64,000 nucleotides of DNA from a virus (IMGVR_UViG_2841277917_000004:1-64000), one strand, 5' to 3'. Numbered from the stretch's first letter, positions 1-9,965 are shown. Numbers and translations: made by a program. Notes: generated by a model not told the origin, from the letters alone.

Positions 1-408
1 ATGAGAAAAATGGTTCAACAAGCCATGCTACCTCCAAAAGAAAGAAAAGAGCTTTGGGAGCAAATACTACATAAATGGAGTGGGGCAGAATCTCCTGAAG
101 GGGAATTTTATAAAATGAGCTTTTCTCAAGCTGCGATGAGAAGAAGAGAAACGATCGAGGAGAAAATAATGGAGTATGAACAAAATCCTTTTGTTCTGAA
201 CCTAATCGAAGAGTACGGTCAAACAGTGAAAAAGGCATTCGAGGATATTAGGAACTGCCAAAAGATTCGTCTGACAAAAATCCACTTACTTTTTCATTAT
301 ATTCACATGATGAACAATCGTCTCGGTATTTGGCCTATCGAAGAAGCATATCTAGGTGCTTTATTACAAGTGGGAGAGAATCAAGATCTATTACAGGAAT
401 TATCCTAG
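1..408 (+). CDS. C-terminal part of a lantibiotic dehydratase / thiopeptide-type bacteriocin biosynthesis protein (host side, probably 5'-partial)
   Basis: HYIHMMNNRLGI...EEAYL resembles the HM..NRL.G motif of the Lant_dehydr_C (elimination) domain; ORF runs from the window edge. Confidence 0.6.
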   Translation: MRKMVQQAMLPPKERKELWEQILHKWSGAESPEGEFYKMSFSQAAMRRRETIEEKIMEYEQNPFVLNLIEEYGQTVKKAFEDIRNCQKIRLTKIHLLFHYIHMMNNRLGIWPIEEAYLGALLQVGENQDLLQELS

Positions 409-410
409 TG

Positions 411-443
411 AAAAAAGATGACCTTTCGACGGGCCATCTTTTT
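411..443. terminator. Bidirectional intrinsic terminator
   Basis: aaaaaaGATGaCC-tttcgacg-GGcCATCtttttt between convergent genes. Confidence 0.6.
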
Positions 444-447
444 TCGT

Positions 448-1095
448 TCAACGGTTGAGTCGCTTCTGTTTTGTTACTGTCCAAATCGTATAAGCAATAA
501 CCGCAATTGTGTAAATCACGAGCACGGAAATAACTGGTGTTGTGCCAAATGTTATTACAAGGAACGGAAACATGCTCACCATAACAGGAATGATCATAAA
601 TAGCCAAAAATACAATGGTAAAGACATTTTTTTCTTCTTATTTGTGTTTTTCTCCATATCCATCAAGGAAGACCTCCTCATATTTGTTCGACCTTTTGAC
701 AAGCGGATCAATAAAGAAAAACGTGAGAGTATAAGCCCGACAGAAATTGTGATGAAAATTGCTGCTAGTAACAGAGGAATCCAGGTAAAGGGGAGTACAT
801 CGATAGTGACTAAACGTCGACTTGCTGCCTCAATAAATTCCACTACAATGCCAGCTAAAAGAAATAGCATCCCAAAAAGAAAGATAGAAATATTGTAGCT
901 ATCTAGCTTCGTCCAACTCTGGACATAGTGACATTTCTCGCTAATTAACTGATAGCACTTCTCAGGTTCATCAGGTAATTTCTCAAGACCGATGTCGTCC
1001 AAAATGGTACGCTTAAAGGAAGCCATCATCACAGAGCCAATAGACCCGACAACAATCCCACTTCCTGAAGATAATGCAATCAGTATAATCCACAA
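448..1095 (-). pseudogene. Multi-pass membrane protein lacking its 5' end
   Basis: Several hydrophobic segments; the TTG start has no RBS and a TGA lies three codons upstream, at the composition shift. Confidence 0.5.
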
Positions 1096-1341
1096 AATGT
1101 TTCAGCTCAGAATCAGTATTCAACGTTCACCTATGAGATAACACAAATTGATAATAATCAATATTATGGTGTAGGAATAAATGATGAGAGCAATATCTTT
1201 TTCTTAGAGGAGAATGTAAAACAAGGTGAAGCAATTAAGATTGGGGATATGATAGTTGCTTACTTTGATCCGAATAATATTGAATATGATTTGATTTATG
1301 TAGAAAAGTCTGAATCCATTACAGTAGGGAAAGAGATTTAA
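1096..1341 (+). pseudogene. Headless phage ORF (NVSAQNQYSTFTYEITQIDNNQYYGVG...ESITVGKEI*)
   Basis: Open frame from the junction to TAA at 1339-1341; no start codon with RBS near its 5' end; upstream stop at 1072. Confidence 0.45.
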
Positions 1342-1375
1342 GGTGGTATTAAACTTACTTCCTGAGTCAACAGTT

Positions 1376-1978
1376 TTACTCCGTTGACTCAGGGTTTTGA
1401 TCCTTGTGCTTATTTTTTGCTACAAGCTTGTATTCTAAATAAGACATGGCTACTAAACTTCCGAAGAAATTAGGAAAGAAAATTGAATGTACATTCCAGC
1501 CTGTGCTATGCAAACTCGATATTTCGTATAATATTAAAATGATAGAATTGGATATAAATAAAGCAACTTTTGTATCTTCTAAGAATAAACTGATACTCTT
1601 ATTTCTTTGACCTAACAATATTGCACTAAAATATAATAAGACAATTAAAATAGTGCTTAAGATTAGTATAGAATTGTTATTTAGATCTACGCGCAGTATC
1701 ATTGAAATAGTAGCGATAATACTTAAGCTAAAAAAGAAACCAACTATAGTAAAGTACAAGACTAAAATGGATAATCGGAATAGTCTTTTTTCTGTTGTCA
1801 TATTGGTGATTCTTGTTAAAGTCATTACAATAAATAAGATTAAAACTATAGCCTGTGGTGTATTGGGAATCCAAATATCTAAAGCAGTTGCTACTGAATA
1901 AATTATAAGAATAATTCCACATATTATAGAAAAAAAGCTTATAATACTTAAATATAATTCTGGATGTTTGAAGTTCAT
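1376..1978 (-). CDS. Hypothetical multi-pass membrane protein
   Basis: About 6 hydrophobic segments; RBS gaggg upstream. Confidence 0.6.
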   Translation of the reverse strand: MNFKHPELYLSIISFFSIICGIILIIYSVATALDIWIPNTPQAIVLILFIVMTLTRITNMTTEKRLFRLSILVLYFTIVGFFFSLSIIATISMILRVDLNNNSILILSTILIVLLYFSAILLGQRNKSISLFLEDTKVALFISNSIILILYEISSLHSTGWNVHSIFFPNFFGSLVAMSYLEYKLVAKNKHKDQNPESTE

Positions 1979-2464
1979 GAATATTTACCCTCGATTAGAT
2001 TTGTTTTAATAACTATTTTGAAAGCGTAATATATTATGGAAAAAAGCAACCATACAAAAATGAAAGAAAAGACTAGAAGACAATTCATCTCAAGGATTGA
2101 TTTATAGTCTTTTTGTAGTATTGCAATAAATTTTTAAGAACTGATTACTATACGAAGGGTTTCAGCTCTTTTATCTTTTAGTTTAATTAGTTCAAGATCA
2201 TCTTGACTTCTCTTGGAGCTTGATGTCTTTTCACTATAGGGGTGTTCAGGAAAAGTGCTTTATTCTACATGGGAGTGTATTTTCAGTGATTGGGTAATTG
2301 AATCAATAGTAACAGGTATTGACATGTAATCCCTCCCAGTATCATAATGTTCAAGTAAATATTACCATTCAAAAAGGTGAAAAGCTACAAAACTGATGAA
2401 AATAGAACTAATTAACCAACGGAAATAATAGTTCTAAAGTCACCTTTAATACTTAATAGCGAGT

Positions 2465-2722
2465 ATGATATATGCTCTAAAAATGAGGTGTAATATGATA
2501 AATCAGAAAAAATGGCTTGAATCCGATCTTATTATAAGTAAGTATGAAAATGAAGGATGTTATTTTGTTGATGCAGGAATTCAAAAAAGTGAAGGATGCG
2601 CTGATTCAATGCCTTACGACCTTTATATAATAGAATTGCCAAATGGTGATTATATTGTTGGGAAAGGAGGGAATCACAGAGCGGTTTTATCAAATCAGTT
2701 AGACATAAAAGAGACATTTTAG
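2465..2722 (+). CDS. Small hypothetical protein, possible ParB-like fragment
   Basis: YIVGKGGNHR resembles the ParB/Srx G.HR motif. Confidence 0.3.
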   Translation: MIYALKMRCNMINQKKWLESDLIISKYENEGCYFVDAGIQKSEGCADSMPYDLYIIELPNGDYIVGKGGNHRAVLSNQLDIKETF

Positions 2723-2805
2723 TATTTCTTTAGGTTTCTCTTTACTGATCAATTATAATAACGATAAAATTATTCTAATAAATGCGAGAGGATATGATCT
2801 AATAT

Positions 2806-4245
2806 ATGTCTATGACCATCGCTAATCCAAGAGTTTTTATTTCTTATGCTTGGACTTCTACAGAGCACGAAGAATGGGTTGTCTCTTTAGCTACACGACT
2901 TAGAGAGTCAGGAGTGGATATAAAACTTGATAAGTGGGATTTGAAAGAAGGGCAGGACATATACGCTTTTATGGAAAGTATGGTAAAAGCAGAGGAAACA
3001 GATAAGGTATTAATTATTTGTGATAAAGGTTATAAAGAACGTGCAGAAAGCAGAAAAGGTGGTGTAGGAACAGAAACACAAATAATTAGTCCAGAAGTGT
3101 ATTCAGATGTAAATCAAGAAAAATTTATTCCGATCGTTTCCGAAAGAAATGATGATGGCGAGGATTATGTTCCAACTTATATGAGAACAAGATTGCATAT
3201 TGATTTATCCTTTGAAGATAGATTTGAAGAGGGCTTTGAAAGGTTACTCAGGAATGTCTACAAACGACCACTTTATCAAAAACCCGCATTAGGTGAGGCT
3301 CCTGAATGGCTTTTTTCCGACGAGATTCCACACTATAAAACTACAAGTGTTCTAAGACAAATCGAAGAGGCTTCATATAGGAATCCAAAGAGAATAAAAC
3401 GATTATCTGAGAGCTTTATTGATTCATTTCTTGAAGATTTAGAGCAATTTAGATTAGAAAATATCGAGGATGTAAATACTTTAGATGATATAATAGTTGA
3501 TAATATTAATAAAATGCTCCCATTAAGAAATGATTATGTTAAATTTTTAGAGGCAGGTATTGACTCTGGAGAGTTAGAAATAGAAACTATAATAACTGTC
3601 TTCGAAAAATTATACGAATATACTCAGCCTTCAAGTGGAACTTCAAGTTATGAGATTCAGTTTGATCATTTTAAATTTTTTATTCATGAGCTTTTTATTT
3701 ACACATCTCTCATATATTTGGAAAAAAGATCTTACGCCGATCTAACTAGACTGCTTACGACTGAATATTTTGTGAAAAATCGTTTTAATGAAGTAACGGC
3801 TTATGATTTCACAGTATTCAAATTTTATATACGCTCATTAGATGAAATAAGAAATACAAGGCTTGATTTAAGGAAGTTTAGTGTTCATGCCCATCTGTTA
3901 GTAGAAAGAAGTACATTAAAAAAATACCCTAAAAGTAAATTGATTGCTATCGATAAATTGTTATACTATCTTTCTGCTATTTTGATCTCAGAAGAGGGGA
4001 AATGGTTCCCTAATACCTACATTTATGCTGAGTATCGTTCTAAGATTGAATTCTTACAAAGATGTAAATCTAGAATATATTTCGAAAAGGCAAAAATACT
4101 TTTTAATGTAACTACTGAGAAAGAATTTAGAGAAATTATTATAGGTTTTAATAATGAATATCAACGTGGCTACCGATCTGGTACAACCCACATTGAAGAC
4201 ATAAGTTTTCACATATCGCCCGAAGATGTTTGTTCTACTCCTTAG
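2806..4245 (+). CDS. SEFIR/TIR-domain protein, putative anti-phage defence
   Basis: N-terminal RVFISYAW...HEEWVVSLATRLRESGVDIKLDKWDL..GQD...FME and GGVGTE motifs typical of SEFIR/TIR_2. Confidence 0.85.
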   Translation: MSMTIANPRVFISYAWTSTEHEEWVVSLATRLRESGVDIKLDKWDLKEGQDIYAFMESMVKAEETDKVLIICDKGYKERAESRKGGVGTETQIISPEVYSDVNQEKFIPIVSERNDDGEDYVPTYMRTRLHIDLSFEDRFEEGFERLLRNVYKRPLYQKPALGEAPEWLFSDEIPHYKTTSVLRQIEEASYRNPKRIKRLSESFIDSFLEDLEQFRLENIEDVNTLDDIIVDNINKMLPLRNDYVKFLEAGIDSGELEIETIITVFEKLYEYTQPSSGTSSYEIQFDHFKFFIHELFIYTSLIYLEKRSYADLTRLLTTEYFVKNRFNEVTAYDFTVFKFYIRSLDEIRNTRLDLRKFSVHAHLLVERSTLKKYPKSKLIAIDKLLYYLSAILISEEGKWFPNTYIYAEYRSKIEFLQRCKSRIYFEKAKILFNVTTEKEFREIIIGFNNEYQRGYRSGTTHIEDISFHISPEDVCSTP

Positions 4246-4286
4246 CATAATAAAATGTGAGTATAAATTCAGTGAATATCATATTA

Positions 4287-4353
4287 AGATAAAATAGTGA
4301 TAACATGTCTTTTCTTTTAGTAGGGGGAAAAACATGTTATCACTATTTTATCT
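4287..4353. repeat. Long inverted repeat with 22-bp arms
   Basis: AGATAAAATAGTGATAACATGT ... ACATGTTATCACTATTTTATCT. Confidence 0.8.
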
Positions 4354-4679
4354 ATTTATATTCACCAGTTCAGTCAAATATATAATTAGATGATGGATGA
4401 GATAAATTTAGGAGAGTAATCATTTGTTTACTTGAAAACTAAATGCAAATATAAAAATGTAATAAATGATGATTTTATTTTCATTCGATTAATTAAATAA
4501 AACAAAAGATAGATTTTGTTAGGAGTAGAAGGGTTTATTACAAATGAGTAAGAATAAAAAATGACATTATAGCAAATGAATAAAGATACTTTGTTATAAT
4601 TTGTCTTTTTTATAGAAGAACATGACGAAGAGGTCAAAAAAATCTTACATCTTTACTAAAAGAATGGTAGTGAATCTAC

Positions 4680-5498
4680 ATGATTGACAGCAAGAAAAAC
4701 ACTAGACGTAAAATGGTTGAAGTTGACGGTCTTTTATATAAAGAATGCACAAAGTGTAAAGTAATAAAGCCCATAACTAATTTCGGTAAGAAAAAAAGTA
4801 GCACTACAGGATACAGAGCTATTTGCAAAGTTTGCAAGGCTCTAGAGGATAAAAAATACCCAGATAATGGACGTAAAACGAGATGGAAGAAATCTAATAG
4901 AGATAAGGTTAATGAATCTACAAGAATTAGAAATTCATTTAAACGTTTATTACCTAATCTGGAATATGATAATTTACATATGAAGAGGGAATGTCCAATA
5001 ACAGGAAGCATAAATAATCTTACTCTGGATCATTTTATACCATTATCTTGGGGACATGGTGGAACATATGAAGGTAATCTTATCTGGTTAGATAAGAGCC
5101 TTAATATAAGCAAATCTAATACCAGTCCTTTAAAATGGATAAAAAAAATTACTACCAATAATTCAAATTGGAATAAGACCTTAGACTACATTGCAAAGCT
5201 GAATGGTTTGCTTGTTGAAGAACTACATGACTATATTGAATGGTGCGAGGGTAACAAAAGAACAGAATTGGATCTAATGATTGATAATACTGCATCTATA
5301 GCTTTATGGCGCGAAGAGCAAAATATTCACTTTCCAATCAGAATTAATTTTAGAAAGTATGAAGATACAAGTGTAATATTAGAATTAGATGATCAGATGA
5401 AAAATTTTCTTATCCGTGAAAAAGAATTGAAAAAAGAACTATCGCATATAAAAAAGCAAATAGCTAGATTAAAAGCACAAAGTGGAAAGGAGAGATAG
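4680..5498 (+). CDS. HNH endonuclease with N-terminal Zn finger
   Basis: CTKC...CKVC; LDHFIPLSWGHGG...GNL...LNISK HNH motif. Confidence 0.8.
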   Translation: MIDSKKNTRRKMVEVDGLLYKECTKCKVIKPITNFGKKKSSTTGYRAICKVCKALEDKKYPDNGRKTRWKKSNRDKVNESTRIRNSFKRLLPNLEYDNLHMKRECPITGSINNLTLDHFIPLSWGHGGTYEGNLIWLDKSLNISKSNTSPLKWIKKITTNNSNWNKTLDYIAKLNGLLVEELHDYIEWCEGNKRTELDLMIDNTASIALWREEQNIHFPIRINFRKYEDTSVILELDDQMKNFLIREKELKKELSHIKKQIARLKAQSGKER

Positions 5499-5809
5499 AT
5501 CATGGAGTATAGAGCAAAGTAATCAACAAAAATTAAATAAAATACGCAATTCATCAGGAGAGGGGGCGTTATTAGCGCCCCTAAAATTATTTAAAATATA
5601 AAATAATACATGTAATTATTTGGTTAATTATTTGGTTCGATTGATGAAATGTAACAGGGAGATGATTCAATTTTTAATATGCCATTTTCTTACTTGTTAT
5701 TAGCTATAAAAACACTATAATTAGAATGTGATGATCTAAAATATGGCAACAGCGGTTATAGAAATAGCGATTCCAATACTACTAATACATAAGGCATGGA
5801 GAAGAAAAA

Positions 5810-6484
5810 ATGGATATCGTACTTTATTTAGCTTTTGGTTTTATAGATGTAATAGCAATTTTAGCGGTTATTTTTCGTTTCTTTCGTTTCCCAATTAGAA
5901 TGTTTATAAGAGAGTTTGTAATTATTGGAGCAGTATTAACCTTGTCATCATTTGTTGTTCGAAAGGTGTTGAACTTGTCTGAACTTGACCTAGGTATTCA
6001 GTTTATTCTTTATGTGTTATTTTTTAGGTATTTTATTAAAATAAAGATTTTTGATTCATTTTTACTAGCGTCAATAGGCTATTTGTCGTTTAGTGTCATA
6101 CAGCTCATAATTTACAACTCCCTATTATTTGTTGGTGTTGTAACAGATTTAGATGTACAAAGTACAAGCAATATTGGAACTTATTTAATACAGGTTGTAA
6201 CACAAGTTGTTAGTTTTCTGTTTGCTTGGCTATTATATAGGAAAAACCTTGGATTCTCTTTTATTTTATGTCCACCGGATGACGTACAAATAAAAGTAAA
6301 AATCAAAGGTATTAATTTGATTATATATTTAGGAATCTTGGCAAGTATAACAACTCTTTTTTTAACTCCTTATTTATTATTCAATTATCTAAGTTGGATG
6401 CATGTTTTAATTCTGGGATTGATTATAATGCTTTGCTTGCTTTATTATGCGACTAACAGGAAGGATATAGCTGACGTATGGTAG
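5810..6484 (+). CDS. AgrC-like membrane sensor domain with no histidine kinase domain
   Basis: About 7 hydrophobic segments; ends right after the last TM; overlaps the agrB start; no H-box or HATPase motifs. Confidence 0.6.
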   Translation: MDIVLYLAFGFIDVIAILAVIFRFFRFPIRMFIREFVIIGAVLTLSSFVVRKVLNLSELDLGIQFILYVLFFRYFIKIKIFDSFLLASIGYLSFSVIQLIIYNSLLFVGVVTDLDVQSTSNIGTYLIQVVTQVVSFLFAWLLYRKNLGFSFILCPPDDVQIKVKIKGINLIIYLGILASITTLFLTPYLLFNYLSWMHVLILGLIIMLCLLYYATNRKDIADVW

Positions 6485-7005
6485 AAAAAGTCGCTGAAAC
6501 AATAGCTAAGAAAATTAGCGCAGCATCTCCCAATGAACCTGTGAGTGTGGACGTATTAGTTTACTCTTTAATCATACAGTTCTATGGGTTGACGATAATA
6601 ATTAGTTCATTGATAATAGGAGCGAGTACAGGAAAGCTTCTTGAGACGTTAATTGCCTTGGTTTCCTTTACTGTACTCCGTTTGCTTTCAGGGGGTTGTC
6701 ATGCGAAAAATATGTTTATTTGCTACTGTGTCTCTACTATAGTTATCTCGCTAATACCTCATATATCAATTGACAAAACTTATGCTATATATATAAATGC
6801 TGCTACGTTTTTCTTAGTTGCCTTCTATGCACCTAGAAGTCAGGAGATAAATAATATTCCTCTATCTGCATTGCCATTTCTTAAAGTAGCTTCAATTTTA
6901 ATAATATGCTTTGGATTTTATCTAGATAATTCAGTTATTTCCCTTTCGTTGTTTGCTCAGGCTATTACGTTAATTCCTGTGCTTGAAAGGGGGTGTCAGC
7001 CATGA
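6478..7005 (+). CDS. agrB: Accessory gene regulator B (AIP-processing membrane peptidase)
   Basis: LRLLSGGCHAKNMFIC (R...GG.H......C catalytic His/Cys) and YAP motif. Confidence 0.9.
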   Translation: MVEKVAETIAKKISAASPNEPVSVDVLVYSLIIQFYGLTIIISSLIIGASTGKLLETLIALVSFTVLRLLSGGCHAKNMFICYCVSTIVISLIPHISIDKTYAIYINAATFFLVAFYAPRSQEINNIPLSALPFLKVASILIICFGFYLDNSVISLSLFAQAITLIPVLERGCQP

Positions 7006-7124
7006 ATAAAAGGATTGCAAAGTGGACTTCTAAATATCTTCAAAGTACAGCAAAGATATTCGCCGTGTCCTACAAGGCACTTATTGGAGCACCAGAAGTT
7101 CCTTCAGAGTTGATTAAAAAATGA
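7002..7124 (+). CDS. agrD: AgrD-like cyclic autoinducer precursor, 40 aa: MNKRIAKWTSKYLQSTAKIFAVSYKALIGAPEVPSELIKK
   Basis: Read manually; ATGA overlaps with agrB stop and with lytTR start; RBS gaaagggggtg; amphipathic leader and PEVPSEL tail. Confidence 0.85.
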   Translation: MNKRIAKWTSKYLQSTAKIFAVSYKALIGAPEVPSELIKK

Positions 7125-7510
7125 TTGAAAAAATGGCTGATTCTATGAAAATCATGGCGATTTGTGCTGATAGGAATTATGACAGTACAGACTATAAGCT
7201 AATAGATTTGGATGATATTTTTTTTATCGGATTTATTCATCAAGGAAAGGTTAAAATTTTAACTTTCCACACAAAATACGGAAAGTATCATCCGATCGCT
7301 ACTTTGGAAGGGTATCGAGTGTTGTTAGAGGATCTTAGATTTTGCTCATTAGATACTGTAAATGTGGTGAATATGAATAAAATTCAATCTGTGGTTGAGA
7401 GTGAAACCGACATTAGGGTTTACTTTGAAGACGGCTCATATACTACTGTTTCAAGAGCAAAATCAGTTTTAGTTGAAAATTACCCAAGACAGACTATCGA
7501 ATTAAGATAG
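7121..7510 (+). CDS. Stand-alone LytTR-domain regulator (no receiver domain)
   Basis: LIDLDDIFFI...FHTKYGKY...NVVNMNKI...VSR pattern of LytTR; only 129 aa. Confidence 0.8.
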   Translation: MIEKMADSMKIMAICADRNYDSTDYKLIDLDDIFFIGFIHQGKVKILTFHTKYGKYHPIATLEGYRVLLEDLRFCSLDTVNVVNMNKIQSVVESETDIRVYFEDGSYTTVSRAKSVLVENYPRQTIELR

Positions 7511-7524
7511 TCTTCTTTTTTTTA
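7491..7524 (+). terminator. Intrinsic terminator closing the agr-like operon
   Basis: AGACTATC-gaattaa-GATAGTCT followed by a T-run. Confidence 0.7.
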
Positions 7525-7722
7525 CTTAAATTAAAATTATAGTATATTTTGCTGTTAATGTAAACAAAAATTGGATACCTATTCTATTTATAGGTTATAA
7601 ATGACAATCTTCGACATAATTCTTTAAATACAAATGATATGATTTTACTGTAAATAAATTATTATCAAATAAAAAACATTAACAATAAACTTCTAGGATA
7701 GTCAAAAAAGGAGAGGTAATTA

Positions 7723-8025
7723 ATGAATGAGATTCCAATTGATATATTTAAATGTACTTTTAACTATAGATTAGAAACTGGGGCTTGGACGTGGGAACTT
7801 GTAACTAACACAAAAGAAGCAGAAAGTATTGATCCAGACTATCAATTAGCTTCAATTAATGATTTGCATGACTATGCCGCGGCTTGTGGATACATATTTG
7901 AAGGAATTGTGAGGGTGTTTGAAGGAGAATTTAAATGGGTTGAATTAACTACTGAAGAAGGAGAAGACTTTTGCGAATATGTAAGTACCTCATTTATAAA
8001 TATAAGCTCTGACAAGTATATTTAA
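7723..8025 (+). CDS. Hypothetical protein, paralog of 8401..8742
   Basis: Shared EA.SID..Y.LASINDLH.Y....G..FEGI..V.EG..KW. Confidence 0.7.
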   Translation: MNEIPIDIFKCTFNYRLETGAWTWELVTNTKEAESIDPDYQLASINDLHDYAAACGYIFEGIVRVFEGEFKWVELTTEEGEDFCEYVSTSFINISSDKYI

Positions 8026-8032
8026 AAAACAT

Positions 8033-8075
8033 AAATATTGTTAAAGACCGTGTATTATGGTCTTTAACAATATTT
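8033..8075. terminator. Bidirectional hairpin terminator
   Basis: AAATATTGTTAAAGACC ... GGTCTTTAACAATATTT between convergent genes. Confidence 0.7.
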
Positions 8076-8086
8076 GGTGTAACTTT

Positions 8087-8311
8087 TTATTTGTCATTAG
8101 TAGCTTCGATACCTAGTAAATAGTCTGAAGAAACATTAAAAAAAACACTAAGTGAATGTAATACTTCTATTGAAGTAGAGCGATAGCCAGTTTCTATTGC
8201 ACTAATTGCTTGTTTGGATAATCCAATAGCTTCGCCTAGCTCATCTTGCTTTAGATTTTGAATCATTCTTAGTTCACGTATACGAAGTCCAAATTCTTTT
8301 CTATTAAACAT
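8087..8311 (-). CDS. XRE-family HTH transcriptional regulator
   Basis: RIRELR...LKQDELGEAIGLSKQAISAIETG...VSSDYLLG. Confidence 0.9.
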   Translation of the reverse strand: MFNRKEFGLRIRELRMIQNLKQDELGEAIGLSKQAISAIETGYRSTSIEVLHSLSVFFNVSSDYLLGIEATNDK

Positions 8312-8400
8312 AACATTGCTCCTTGACAGTATACTTTAAGTGGACTATATTTACTGTAAGTACACTTAAAGTGGATTAAATTCATTATCATTATATAGGA

Positions 8401-8742
8401 GTGATCAGTTTGGATACTAGCATTGTATCGGAAATAACTGCTATTGCCAATCCAATTAACAAACCAATTAAAATATTTATTGTAAACTATGAATATGAAG
8501 ATTTGTACTTATGGAATTTAATAAGTAGCGAATCAGAAGCTAGAAGTATCGATTCAGAGTATAAATTGGCATCAATAAATGATTTACATGCTTATATAGA
8601 GGAGGGAGGAGAGGTGTTTGAAGGAATTATTAAAGTTAAAGAGGGGCTATGTAAATGGTTTGAAAAGTCAACAATGACAGAGGATATGTTAGAAGATTAT
8701 TATTGCGAATATAGACTGATCGAAAAAAAGCATATGCAATAA
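8401..8742 (+). CDS. Hypothetical protein, paralog of 7723..8025
   Basis: Shared LASINDLH motif block. Confidence 0.7.
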   Translation: MISLDTSIVSEITAIANPINKPIKIFIVNYEYEDLYLWNLISSESEARSIDSEYKLASINDLHAYIEEGGEVFEGIIKVKEGLCKWFEKSTMTEDMLEDYYCEYRLIEKKHMQ

Positions 8743-8834
8743 AGGATACATAGTATTGAAGTTTTTTATTTTTTATATTATATTAAGGAAGAATAATGAA
8801 AATAAAATTATGTATATATTAAAACAGGGAGTGA

Positions 8835-9965
8835 ATGTGTATGTCACAAGTTAGTGCAAGACATTTAGCATTATTAGAGGGTTCAAAAGACCAAAGGGAT
8901 AAATACATAGGAAGAGTTGATATTTTAAATCGTGTAAAGGAATTATCTCTTTTGCCTGACGGTGAACATTCCACACTTGAAAAAGTTGCAGAATATTACA
9001 ATGTCGATGTTGAAGTGATTAGAAAGCTTAGTCAAAGGCACAGAGAAGAATTGAGTACAGATGGCTTACAAGTTCTTTCAAAGGAAAGCTTATCTCAATT
9101 TAAAAAAGTAATATCTGGACACGGTGTCCAGATAAAAGCTAGAGCCTATTTAACAGTCATTCCACGCAGGGCAATTTTACGAATAGGGATGCTACTAACT
9201 GATTCTCCTGTAGCAGAACAAGTGAGAACTTATCTTTTGAATATAGAAGATCAAGCCACCAAAGAACAGAAAAACAATGCAGTTAATAAATTAGCGGATT
9301 GGGATACAGCGACAGATGAATTACTAATTAATACAGTCACAGCATTTGTACATACAGATAAAACACTAGGGCAAGCCTTCCAAAGAGTGGCTGATTTAAC
9401 TGGATTAACTAAAAGTAAAATTCACGCAAGATGGTATCAAAACTTAAAGGAAAAATGCGATTCAAAGACGCTTGATCTTATCACAAATAATAGAGGCTTC
9501 TTATTTAAAAAAGATGAAGCCAATCAAAGTAAAAATTTAATTGATAATAACCTTATGGAATTAAAGAATTGGTTTGAGATTTCGATGACCCATCAAATCA
9601 AAGAAATAGCAGAAAACATATCTCATAAGGAAGCTGAATGGGTTTCGAGGAATAAAGAATTGACTTCGATGCTAGATGCTCAAAGAGTTGAAATTGAATT
9701 TTTGAAAAAACATCTTACTCAATCTGAACAGACAATAGAAGCATTACAAGGCTCAGATAAAATGAAAGATGAATTAATTGCAGAGAAAGATAAACGTTTC
9801 ATTAAGCTTTCAAAAGAAGCAAAAGAAATGAAAAAACGTATAGAAGCTGCTTCTTTATTGTTTGATACGAAATCGACGGTAAGAGAGCTTAATGGGGAAA
9901 GTGAGTTTAAACGTCCCACAAAAACCTTTAAAATGGACAAAAATGGCAACTTGAATAAGCTCTAA
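8835..9965 (+). CDS. Putative DNA-binding protein with RsfA/SANT-like domain and coiled coil (TubY position)
   Basis: WDTATDELLINTV...QAFQRVADLTGLT...ARW resembles RsfA family; long coiled coil; directly upstream of tubR-tubZ. Confidence 0.5.
   Translation: MCMSQVSARHLALLEGSKDQRDKYIGRVDILNRVKELSLLPDGEHSTLEKVAEYYNVDVEVIRKLSQRHREELSTDGLQVLSKESLSQFKKVISGHGVQIKARAYLTVIPRRAILRIGMLLTDSPVAEQVRTYLLNIEDQATKEQKNNAVNKLADWDTATDELLINTVTAFVHTDKTLGQAFQRVADLTGLTKSKIHARWYQNLKEKCDSKTLDLITNNRGFLFKKDEANQSKNLIDNNLMELKNWFEISMTHQIKEIAENISHKEAEWVSRNKELTSMLDAQRVEIEFLKKHLTQSEQTIEALQGSDKMKDELIAEKDKRFIKLSKEAKEMKKRIEAASLLFDTKSTVRELNGESEFKRPTKTFKMDKNGNLNKL

Noticed and set aside
335-898. Short overlapping ORFs on both strands
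   Set aside because: Antisense shadows of the membrane-protein gene with no recognisable motifs
5613-5636. TAATTATTTGGT tandem repeat as the LytTR site of the agr-like operon
   Set aside because: 12-bp period with no spacer does not fit usual LytTR direct-repeat spacing; may be a simple duplication
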